Assembly: GCA_028826165.1 (NCBI GenBank)
Contig: JAPDFW010000054.1
Span: forward strand, 605,526 to 669,525
Source: Anaeramoeba ignava BMAN
Taxonomy: Eukaryota > Protista > Anaeramoebae
Reading direction: 5' to 3'
DNA: 64,000 bases
Under the pieces are notes generated by a model. The model worked only from the letters and a program-made list of their open reading frames with translations, made no database searches and was not told the DNA's origin. Below, in pieces: positions 12,715 to 23,211 of this stretch. The position numbers and the translations under genes are program-made. The stretch's first letter is position 1; every line of letters begins with the position of its first letter.

Positions 12715-14800
12715 TTTAAATCCACATTTTTTTAACTAATTTATTTTATAATTTACTTATAATTTACTTTATAAAATCTTTTTAAATTAAATCCACATTT
12801 TTTATCTAATTTATTTAATAATTTACTTTATAAAATATTTATAAATTAAATCCACATTTTTAACTAATTTATTTTTATAATTTACTTTATAATTTAAATT
12901 AATTTATTTTTATAATTTACTTTATAATTTACTTTATAAAATCTATTTGAAAAATATTTATAATTTAAATCCAATTTTTATTATTAAATTTATTTATTAA
13001 TTTATTTATTAAATATTGATCTGCTTTCTTTCTACATTTTATTTATTATTTTATTTATAATTTACTTTATAAAATCTATTTGAAAAATATTTATAAATTA
13101 AATCCACATTTTTTATCCAATTTATTTATTTATTTATTTATTAAATATTGATCTGCTTTCTTTCTACATTTTATTTATTATTTTATTTATTAATTTATTT
13201 ATAATTTACTTTATAAAATATTGATCTGCTTTCTTTCTATATTTATTTATTTTTGTTATTTATTAAATTTATTTATAATTTACTTTATAAAATCTATTTA
13301 AAAATATTTATAATTTAAATCCAATTTTTATTATTAAATTTATTTTATTAATTTATTTATTAAATATTGATCTGCTTTTCTTTTTTATTATTTTATTTAT
13401 TTATTTTATTTATAATTTACTTTATAAAATCTATTTGAAAAATATTTATAAATTAAATCCATTTTTATCCAATTTATTTATTTATTTATTTATTAAATAT
13501 TGATCTGCTTTCTTTCTACATTTTATTTATTATTTTATTATATAATTTACTTTATAATTTACTTTATAAAATCTATTTGAAAAATATTTATAAATTAAAT
13601 CCACATTTTTTATCCAATTTATTTATTAATTTATTTATTAAATATTGATCTGCTTTCTTTCTACATTTTATTTATTATTTTATTTATTAATTTATTTATA
13701 ATTTACTTTATAAAATCTATTTGAAAAATATTTATAATTTAAATCCAATTTTTATTATTAAGTTTATTTATTAATTTATTTGTTAATTATTGATCTGCTT
13801 TCTTTCTACATTTTTATTTATTAAATTTATTATTTTATTTATAATTTATTTATAATTTACTTTATAAAATCTTTTAAATTAAATCCACTTTTTTTATCCA
13901 ATTTTTATTATTAATTTATTTATTAATTTATTTATTAATTATTGATCTGCTTTCTTTCTACATTTTATTTATTAAATTTATTTATTTTTATTTATAATTT
14001 ACTTTATAAAATCTATTTGAAAAATATTTATAATTTAAATCCAATTTTTTATTTATTAATTTATTTTATTAATTTATTTATTAAATATTGATCTGCTTTC
14101 TTTCTACATTTTATTTATTTTGTTTATAATTTATTTTATAATTTACTTTATAAAATCTATTTGAAAAATATTTATAATTTAAATCCAATTTTATTTATTA
14201 ATTTATTTATTAATTTATTTATTAATTATTGATCTGCTTTCTTTCTGACCCTGAAGCCATAAATAAATGAATCTAAAAATTATAGTTCCGAAAAAGGAGA
14301 AATTCTTTTTGAATTAAAATCAATCTATAAAAATTTTTTTTTATACCTACAATAACATTTATTTAAAATTTTCCCTAAATTAAAAAAAATACTTAATTCT
14401 CCTTTCACATTCTTTTTAATTGATCACACTTAATTTTCAATCAATAAAATTTGGTTGGTTTTGAGAGATTTATTTATAATTAAAAATTTACTTAATTCTC
14501 CTTTCAACTTTCTTTTTGGGTTCCACTCTTCAGGGTCCAATTTTTTATTTTTTTAAATTTATTTATGTTAAATATTGATCTGCTTTCTTTAAATGGAGAA
14601 AAATTTTTCGTTATAAATTCCTTATTTTCATTTTTAGAAATCAATAACCTATACTTATAATTTATTTATAATTTACTTTATAAAATCTATTTGAAAAATA
14701 TTTATAATTTAAATCCAATTTTTATTATTAAGTTTATTTATTAATTTATTTATTAATTATTGATCTGCTTTCTTTCTACATTTTGTTTATTTTGTTATTT
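12715..14800. repeat. Minisatellite, about 130-150 bp unit, containing TTGATCTGCTTTCTTTCTACA and TAATTTACTTTATAAAATCTATTTGAAAAATATTTATAA
   Basis: About 12 GATCTGC copies between 13018 and 14768. Confidence 0.9.
14247..14537. mobile_element. Candidate MITE-like or structured element with 10-bp terminal inverted repeats
   Basis: GACCCTGAAG (14247-14256) and CTTCAGGGTC (14528-14537); interrupts the minisatellite; no clear target-site duplication. Confidence 0.5.
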
Positions 14801-15911
14801 ATTTAATTTATTTAATCTTTTTTTTTGTTCTTAAAATTCTCATTTGGAAAAAGGTTTGGAATTTTGATCTGAAATTGTTTTTCTTTTTGTTTTCTTATTA
14901 GTTAGATTTATTTTTTATTTTTTTATTTTATTTTTTATTTATTATAAAATTTTTTTGCTTTCTAATTAAATCAATTGAGATTCTTACGTGTAATTTATAT
15001 TGATTTTATAAAAGAAAAATATTAAAATAGAGATCAATATTAAATTAAATAATTTAAATTAAAAAATTAAAAATTAAGAATAGATTCAAATTAATTCTTA
15101 ATTTAAAATTAAAATAAAATAAAATAAAAGAAAAGAAAAAAGTTTTTTTTATTGTTTTTTTTTCAATAAAAGATCTTTCTTCTTTTTTTATTTTAATTTG
15201 TTTTAATTTTTAAATTTAAAAACTAATTCACAAACAAAATCCAAAATTTTTTTTTAATTTAAAAAATTTTAAATTTAAAAAATAATTAATAAAGGTTTAA
15301 ACTAAAGATCAAGTTTTTTAGAAAAGATATAAAAAAATTAATACTCAAATTATATAGAAAGGGTATTTATTTTATTATTTAAGTAGAAGATCTGATCATT
15401 TTTTTTTTTTTTTCTTTTATTTTATTCACTTTAAAATCATAATTAAAAAAAATTTTAAATAAAAAAAAAAAGAAAAAAAACCAACAAGGAAAAAATTTTT
15501 TTAATAAAACAAAAATGATAAAAATAAGTATACTAAATTTAATAAAAATTAATTTTAAATCAATTTTTTTTTCTCTGTTCAATTTTTTCAATTTATTTTC
15601 TTTTTTAAATTTTTTTTTTAATTTAAATTAATTTTTATTTTTCGGGTTTTGTTATCTTGAAAAAAAAAATAACAAAAAAAAAACAAAAAAAAAGAAGCAA
15701 ATAGAAATAAAAACATAAACTTATTAGAATAATTTACTTTTTCTTTTCTTTTTCCACATATTTACTTTTTTTTTATTTTTTTAAATAACAAAAAAAATTT
15801 TTTTTTTTTTCTTTTATTTTTTAATTTTAAATTTTTTTTTTTTTTTTTTTGATTTTTGATCTCTTTCATTTTTTTTCTTTAATAAAATTTTAAACTTTTA
15901 TTCTTTTTTTA

Positions 15912-17102
15912 ATGAACTCACATTTTAATAATTTTTCTTTTGCTCTTATTACCCAATTTATGAATTCAACAAATTGTTCTTCAACTCAAGAATCAATTTA
16001 TTGTCTTCAGCTTTCTAATTGGAATTTAGAAGTAAGTTTAAAACGTTTTTTTTTTTCCCTTTTTTTTGATTTAATTGTTTTAATTGATTTATTTTGTTTT
16101 AAATAATTTATAATTTTTTTTTTCAATTTGTTTTCCTCTTTTTTTTTTAATTAATTTTTTTTATTTATTAATTTTTTCATATTGTGAATTTTGCTTTTAA
16201 AATTCCTTTTTAATTTATATTTTATTTATTTTAATGATTTTATTAATTTTTTTTTTATTGTTTTCTGGCAAATCTTATTGATCTGTTTATTAATTTTTTT
16301 CTTTCTTTTTTATTTTTTTTTTCGCATTTTTTATTTTTTAAATAAATAGGATGCAGTTTGTGTTTGGCATTTAAATAACTTACGCAAAACAATCACAGAA
16401 AAATCAGAAAATACAGAAAAAACAGAAAATAAGTGTGCGATCACATCACAAAAATATAATCCATATTTGTCACGCACACCATCTCCACAATTATTTTCTG
16501 AAGAAAACTGCAAACTAGATCAAAAACAAGAAACACCAAAAAAAAGCAATGGAAAAGCAATAAAAACAGAGAAAAAAAGAAAGATCATGCCGGAAAACTC
16601 AAATCCACAAAAACTGAAAAACCACCGGAAAACAAACTCAAGCCCAAGATCAAGCTCAAAACATTTTGGCAGTCACAAGAAAAAAAAAAAGTTTTCTCCA
16701 CAAAAACCGGCAAAGTCGCTAAGTCAAGTTTTAAACGGACGGGAAATTAACGAGTCACTTTTGCGGACTTTCTTAACCCAATCACCAGCGCCTCGTTGGC
16801 GTTTCCGTTTGGATGCGTTCCACAAACTTAAACCTTCTTTATTTCAAGGTTGGCCTAACCAATATATTGAATGTTTGGAACGAAAGAAAGCCTGCAAAGA
16901 AAATCCCGCCCTTTCTTCTCAACCGCGACATTTCCATATTTTTGTGGCAAAACAGATTCTTGACTGTTATCCTCCAAGAAAGGAAAAATCAAAATCTAAA
17001 GCTAATCTTGAACGTGGTTTGACTAAGTTTTTTGAAGGCAAAGGTTTTACTTGTTCAAAAGAAGGTCCTCTTCCTGGATTTGATTTTACCCAAGATGTTT
17101 AA
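15912..17102 (+). CDS. Protein with an N-terminal UBA-like domain, basic linker and unknown C-terminal domain; 2 exons
   Basis: Intron 16032-16349 (GTAAGT..TAG) joins QFMNSTNCSSTQESIYCLQLSNWNLE to DAVCVW, a UBA_4-like pattern, in frame with ORF 16467-17102. Confidence 0.75.
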
Positions 17103-17412
17103 CTGTTCTTTCTTTATTTCTTTCTTTATTTCTTTATTTCTTTCTTTCTTTATTTCTTTATTTTGTTTTTTTTTTGTAGTCAATTTATTTTTTTTTTCTT
17201 CAAAATTATTCTCTTTTCTTCTTTATTTTTTTTTTTGTGATGTTTTTGTTGTTCTTCCAATAAAATTTCAATTTAAATTTTAAATAGAAATTTTAAAAAA
17301 AAAAACAAATCAAAAGAAAAAGAGGATTTTTTATTTTAATTTTTAATTTTTCCTTTTTTTTTTTCATTTTTCATTTTTTTTTTTCATTTTTCATTTTTTT
17401 TTTTCATTTAAA

Positions 17413-17736
17413 ATGGAGAAAGGTAAATGTGATGCTTGTAAAAAAGATACTGAAGTTTTTCCTTGTTGGTGTTATGGAAAAGACGGAGATAATCATCAAT
17501 TTCAAGCAAGATTTTGTAGAGATTGTTTAGAAAAACAAACATGTCCTTATTGTAGTTATAAATTTACATTTCCTGTTGTTTTTTCACAAATAAGAAAACA
17601 AATTTTGAGACAAACATATCCAGGTTATGATGAAAAACCAGAAGAATCTCGATCTAGTATAATGAATGATGATGAATTTTTTAGTTTAAATTTAAATCAA
17701 TTATGTGATTGTATTCAAAGAAGATTTGACAATTAA
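17413..17736 (+). CDS. Small RING-like zinc-finger protein
   Basis: CDAC, CWC, CRDC and CPYC cysteine pairs; multiple TTCATTTT motifs directly upstream. Confidence 0.7.
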   Translation: MEKGKCDACKKDTEVFPCWCYGKDGDNHQFQARFCRDCLEKQTCPYCSYKFTFPVVFSQIRKQILRQTYPGYDEKPEESRSSIMNDDEFFSLNLNQLCDCIQRRFDN

Positions 17737-17872
17737 ATTTTTATATTTTTCCTTTTATTTTCAATTTCAATTTCAATTTCAATTTCAATTTCAATAAAAA
17801 AAAACAATATAAAACATTATAAAAAAAAACGGAAAAAAAAAATTTTCATTTTTTTCTTTTTACTTTTTTTAA

Positions 17873-19546
17873 ATGAATGGAAAAGAAAATTTAAAAAAAA
17901 AACCAAAAAAGAAACTAAAAAAATTCAAAAAAGAAGAACAAGAAACAATTCAAAAGAAATTAGAAGAGCATTTAAATGAGAAAAATTTATCAAGTTATCA
18001 AGAAGAAGCAACAAATCGAAAAATTTTCTATTTAAAAATATCACAAGTTATTCGTTTAGCAGATGAAGTTTTTGGAAAAGATGAATGGAGATTTTCCATT
18101 TTAGATCAAACAAAAGAGTATTTTGAAGAGTTTCCTGATCAAACTTGTTCTGTTGGAGTTTCTTCTTTGGTTCGTGTTACTTTAAGAGATGGTAGTTATA
18201 GAGAAGATATTGGTTTTGCTCATTTGTCAAAACAGAAAGATTTTGCTTCTGCAATTGAAAAAGCTAAAAAAGCTAGTATTTTTGATGGTTTAAGAAGAGC
18301 TTTAAGGTTGTTTGGAAGTTATCTTGGAAATGGTGTTCGTTCTATTGATTATTTAATTGAGAATGATCAGAATCAAATCAATCAAAATCATCAAAATTAT
18401 CAAAATTATCAAAATGAAAATAACCAAAATCAATATAATCAATATAACCAAAGCAATCCAAATTATCAAAATAATTCAAATCCAAATTCAAATCCAAATC
18501 AATATAATAATCAAAATCAATATAATCAAAATAACCAAAGCAATCCAAATTCAAATCAATATAATAATCAAAATCAATATAATAATCAAAATCAATATAA
18601 TAATCAAAATCAATATAATAATCAAAATAATCCAAATTCAAATTCAAATCAATATAATCCAAAGCAATATAACCAAAGCAATCCAAATTATCAATATAAT
18701 CAATATAATAATCAATATAATAATCAATATAACCAAAGCAATCCAAATTATCAAAATAATTCAAATCCATATAATCAATATAATAATCCAAATTCATATA
18801 ATCAAAATAATAATCCAAATTCAAATTCAAATTCAAATTCAAATTCAAATTCAAATCAATATAATCAAAGCAATCCAAATTATCAAAATAATAATCAATA
18901 TAACCAAAGCAATCCAAATTATCAAAATAATAACCAAAATAATCCAAATTATCAAAATAATAATCAAAATCAATATAACCAAAGCAATCCAAATTATCAA
19001 AATAATAATCAAAATAATCCAAATTCAAATCCAAATCAATATAATCCAAAGCAATATAACCAAAGCAATCCAAATTATCAATATAATCAATATAACCAAA
19101 GCAATCCAAATTATCCAAATCAAAACAATCAATATAATAATCAAAATCAAAATAATAATCAAAATAATCAAAATGAAAATAATCCAAATTATCAATATAA
19201 TTCAAATTCAAATCAATATAATCAATATAATCAAAGCAATCCAAATCAAAACAATCAATATAATAATCAAAGTCAAAATAATAACCATAACCAAAATGAA
19301 AGCAATCCAAATTATCAATATAATTCAAATTCAAATCAAAATAATAATCAAAATAATCCAAATCCATATAATCAAAATAATAATCAAAATAATAATCAAA
19401 ATAATAATCAAAATAATAATCAAAATAATAATCAAAATAATAATCAAAAAAGTAAATTTAAAGCTCCATATCCTCTTGCTCAAAACCAAAATAATCCTAA
19501 TTTTGAACCACAACCTCAATTATTTCTTCAACATAAATTTATTTAA
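17873..19546 (+). CDS. RAD52: Rad52/Rad22-family annealing protein with a long N/Q/Y-rich C-terminus
   Basis: VIRLADEVFG..W, VRVTLRDGSYREDIGF and EKAKKASIFDGLRRALRLFG..LGN match the Rad52 core. Confidence 0.9.
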   Translation: MNGKENLKKKPKKKLKKFKKEEQETIQKKLEEHLNEKNLSSYQEEATNRKIFYLKISQVIRLADEVFGKDEWRFSILDQTKEYFEEFPDQTCSVGVSSLVRVTLRDGSYREDIGFAHLSKQKDFASAIEKAKKASIFDGLRRALRLFGSYLGNGVRSIDYLIENDQNQINQNHQNYQNYQNENNQNQYNQYNQSNPNYQNNSNPNSNPNQYNNQNQYNQNNQSNPNSNQYNNQNQYNNQNQYNNQNQYNNQNNPNSNSNQYNPKQYNQSNPNYQYNQYNNQYNNQYNQSNPNYQNNSNPYNQYNNPNSYNQNNNPNSNSNSNSNSNSNQYNQSNPNYQNNNQYNQSNPNYQNNNQNNPNYQNNNQNQYNQSNPNYQNNNQNNPNSNPNQYNPKQYNQSNPNYQYNQYNQSNPNYPNQNNQYNNQNQNNNQNNQNENNPNYQYNSNSNQYNQYNQSNPNQNNQYNNQSQNNNHNQNESNPNYQYNSNSNQNNNQNNPNPYNQNNNQNNNQNNNQNNNQNNNQNNNQKSKFKAPYPLAQNQNNPNFEPQPQLFLQHKFI

Positions 19547-19660
19547 AATCAAATTCATTCCTTCAACATAAATTTAATATTTAAAATCAAATTCATTCCT
19601 TCAATATAAATTTATTTTTAAAATCCAATTTATTTCTTCCATTTTGTTTCTTTAATAAAT

Positions 19661-22327
19661 CTAATCAAAAGAAAGTTCAATTTTTTTCATTTTCAATTTT
19701 TCATCTTTTTTAATTTTTAATTTTTCATCTTTTTTGAATAAATTCAAATTTTTCTTCCTTCTTATTCTGTGTAAAATTGAATAAGGAATTTTAATCTTAT
19801 TTTCTTTTAATTCTTGAATTAAAATTCTTCTTTTTTGAATATTTGAATCAGTTGAATCAAATAATTGAGACAGTTCTTTAAAAACTTGATTTTGAAGTTG
19901 AGAACATTCAAAATCTTTCAATTCAATTTCGTAATTATAATTATGGTTGTTATTAAATTTGTTTTGGAAATGATAAATTCTTTTTTTTGTTCTTTCTAAT
20001 TTGAATTTTCCATCTTCAAGTTCATTTTGTAAATTCTTTAAATCATCTCCAAAAATTTGATTGCTTTCTTCAATTTCTTTAAATTCATTTTCCTTAAATT
20101 TAACTTCGGGTTTAATTTCATCAAGTCTTTTTTTTGTTAAATTATTTTTTTGTTTCATTTCATCAAAAATTTCCATCTTATTTTCTAATTCTTTTGCAAG
20201 TTTTTCTTCCAAAATTATTTTATCATTTCCAATTCCAAATTTTTTTGTTTCTTCTAAAAAACTATCATTTTCAATTATTATCTTTTCCAAAGTTTTTTGA
20301 AAATTTTCAATTTCTTTTTGTAATTGAGAAATTTGCAAACAAACATCATTTTGTTGAGAAATTAATTTTTCTTCCTGGATTTGATCTTTTTGTTGAAAAA
20401 ACAAAGGAAGATTTTGAGTTTTTTGTGTGAATTGAAAAAATTCTGATTGGGATAAAAAGCTTGAATGTAAAACTTGTAATTTTTTGTTTAATTTCGATAA
20501 AATTTGTTTTTTTTCAATAATATCATGGATTATCGATTGTTTAAGTTCATCTTGAGTTCTTTTTTCTGCGCCAAGCATATTTAAATGTATGAAAATTTCA
20601 TTCATTTTTTCTTCAGTTGCAATTTCAAGTTGTTGTTTTCTATTTTCTAATCCATTAATTTTTTGATGAAGAAAAGTTAAAATTTGTTCCATTTTTGCGT
20701 TTTTAATAAATTCCATATTTTCCTTGATCATCAACTGGTTTTTTTGTTTATTCAACTCATTTATTTGTCTTTTGAGAAAAGTGTAATGAAGAGAGCTTTC
20801 ATTTATAGTTGTTTCCAAATTGGAGATTTCTTTGTTGTGTTTTTCTATTGTGGAAACGTTTTGTCTAATTTCCATTTCTGCTCTTCGTTTTTCTTCTTGA
20901 ATTAACTTGATTTTTTCTTGGTTTTTTTCCAAGTTTCTTTTGCTTTGTTCAATTCGCGTTTCAAGATCTATTTTTTCTTGTTCTGTTTTGTCTTGTCCAA
21001 TTTTTTTGTTGACTGAATTTTGGAGTTTGTTTATTTGAGTTAATTGTTGATAAAGTAGGTTTTGTTTTTGTGCCTCTTCATCTTGTGATGAATCCAATAT
21101 TTTGTTTAATTTTTTCTCAGTTTCCTTCATTACTATCAATTCATTTTGATTTCCTTCCTTTTCTTCCAAGATATTGTTCATTTCTTTGTGTTCATTTTCA
21201 AGCATTTTTTGTTCTTTATTGTATTTTTTTTGCACTGTTTTCAGACTTTTTTGCACAATTTTCACAATCCCATCAAGTTCTGTTTCTTTGCTTTCAGAAA
21301 AGCTTAATACTTGACTTGCTTTTCTATACTCCTCTTTCAATAGATTATTTTTTTCAATTTGTTTTTCCAATCTTTTTTTCTCCTTCTCAATTTCGCTGTC
21401 CAAATTTGAAATCTCCTTTTCGTTTTTTTGCTTTTCTTTGCTGAGATTATTTACTTGATTTTGGAGTGTTTGTTGTTGACTTTTTGCTTTTTCTAGCTCT
21501 TTTTCATATTGATTGAGTTCTTGTCGAAGTTTTGAAAATTTATGAAGAATTGTTTCTTGGTTTTTTTGCAAGATTTCCAATTCTTGATCAATTTTATTTT
21601 GTTCTTTTTGATTTTCAGAAAGAACTTCTTGATCATTTTGAATTTTTTGATGAGCATTTCTTTTTGTTTCCAAAAGGGATTGTTTTTGTGATTGAATCCT
21701 TTCGTGTTCTTTTATTTGCGTTTGAATTCTTGAATTTAAACTAGTGATTTCTTTTTGAATTGATTCCAAATCTTTGATTGTTTTTTGGTAATCAATCAAA
21801 ACACTTTTTCTCTCAATTTCTTCTCTTTGCAAATTAAGTTTTTTTTGATGAAGAAATTCAATAAGTTTTTTGACTTGAAAATTTTGATTTGCAAATTCTT
21901 TATTTTTTTCTTTTGAAATTTTGGCTTCGATTATTAATTCCTCTTCATTTATTTTTGTTTCTTCGATCCAACCATCAAGATCTTTTTGATTGAAACCAAG
22001 ATAACCAAGTAATTTTTGAATTTGGTTTGACATTTTTTCTGTTTGCAATTTTAATTGTGAAAAAAATTCTTTTTTTTCTGTTTGAATTTTGTTTTTTGTT
22101 TTATTTTCATTTTCAATTGCTTTTTTTTCTGATTTTGCAAGTTGTAAAAGTTTTGATTCAGTTTCTAATGTGGAATTTAATTGAGAAATGAATTTTTGAT
22201 GTGATTTTTCTTGTTTTTCTGTTTTTTGGAGATATTTTTCAATTCTGTTTAAATTTTCTACTTCTTGTTTGATTTGTTTTGAAAGATCTGTAAGTTTTTG
22301 ATTTTTATTTTGGAATTTGATTTCCAT
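19661..22327 (-). CDS. CCDC39: CCDC39/FAP59-like axonemal ruler coiled-coil protein
   Basis: Intronless coiled coil of about 890 aa; LENRKQQLEIATEEKMNEIFIHLNML and QKDLDGWIEE resemble conserved CCDC39 segments (from memory of the family); ATG at 22327. Confidence 0.75.
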   Translation of the reverse strand: MEIKFQNKNQKLTDLSKQIKQEVENLNRIEKYLQKTEKQEKSHQKFISQLNSTLETESKLLQLAKSEKKAIENENKTKNKIQTEKKEFFSQLKLQTEKMSNQIQKLLGYLGFNQKDLDGWIEETKINEEELIIEAKISKEKNKEFANQNFQVKKLIEFLHQKKLNLQREEIERKSVLIDYQKTIKDLESIQKEITSLNSRIQTQIKEHERIQSQKQSLLETKRNAHQKIQNDQEVLSENQKEQNKIDQELEILQKNQETILHKFSKLRQELNQYEKELEKAKSQQQTLQNQVNNLSKEKQKNEKEISNLDSEIEKEKKRLEKQIEKNNLLKEEYRKASQVLSFSESKETELDGIVKIVQKSLKTVQKKYNKEQKMLENEHKEMNNILEEKEGNQNELIVMKETEKKLNKILDSSQDEEAQKQNLLYQQLTQINKLQNSVNKKIGQDKTEQEKIDLETRIEQSKRNLEKNQEKIKLIQEEKRRAEMEIRQNVSTIEKHNKEISNLETTINESSLHYTFLKRQINELNKQKNQLMIKENMEFIKNAKMEQILTFLHQKINGLENRKQQLEIATEEKMNEIFIHLNMLGAEKRTQDELKQSIIHDIIEKKQILSKLNKKLQVLHSSFLSQSEFFQFTQKTQNLPLFFQQKDQIQEEKLISQQNDVCLQISQLQKEIENFQKTLEKIIIENDSFLEETKKFGIGNDKIILEEKLAKELENKMEIFDEMKQKNNLTKKRLDEIKPEVKFKENEFKEIEESNQIFGDDLKNLQNELEDGKFKLERTKKRIYHFQNKFNNNHNYNYEIELKDFECSQLQNQVFKELSQLFDSTDSNIQKRRILIQELKENKIKIPYSILHRIRRKKNLNLFKKDEKLKIKKDEKLKMKKIELSFD

Positions 22328-22409
22328 ATTATTTTTGATCAAAAAAAAAATAATAAATTTAAATTTTGAATTTAAAATTTGATTTAAATTTGATAATAAC
22401 ATTTGGCAT

Positions 22410-23050
22410 TGATTTTAACAGTTAAATTTGATATAAATTTTGAAATAAATTTAAAAGAACATTTAACATTAATTTTAAAAGAACATTTAACATAAATTTT
22501 GAAATAAATTTTAAAAGAACATTTAACATTAATTTTGAAATAAAATTTGATTTAAATTTGAAATAAATTTTGAAATGATTTTAACATTTAAATTTGATAT
22601 AAATTTGAAATAAATTTGAAAGAATATTTAACATTAATTTTAACAGTTAAATTTGATTTAAATTTTGAAATGATTTTAAAAGAACATTTAACATTAATTT
22701 TAAAAGAACATTTAACAGTTAAATTTGAAATAAATTTAAAAGAACATTTAACATTAATTTTGATATAAATTTTGAAATAAATTTTAAAGAACATTTAACA
22801 TTAAATTTAAAAGAACATTTAACATAAATTTTGAAATAAATTTGAAATAAATTTGAAATAAATTTTGAAATAAATTTGAAAGAATATTTAACATTAATTT
22901 TAACAGTTAATTTTGAAATAAATTTTGAAATGATTTTAAAAGAACATTTAACATTAATTTAATATAAATTTGAAATAAATTTGATAATAACATTTAACAT
23001 TAAATTTAAAAGAACATTTAACAGTTAAATTTGAAATAAATTTTAAAAGA
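22410..23050. repeat. Intergenic minisatellite (AAAAGAACATTTAACATTAATTTT / TTGAAATAAA)
   Basis: Directly visible. Confidence 0.85.
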
Positions 23051-23211
23051 ACATTTTATTTTAAATGTGAAATTAAATTTTATATAAAATGTTGAAATGA
23101 AGTTGAAAAAAAATAATAAATTAAAAAAAGGAAAAAAGGAAAAAAAAATGAAATTTTGTTTTTTCATTTTTCTTTTTGAATTTATTATTTTTTTTTTGAA
23201 TATTTTTGGAA

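Noticed and set aside
12715-14800. CRISPR-like regularly spaced conserved motif
   Set aside because: The spacers are themselves repeated, there are no cas genes and the context is eukaryotic
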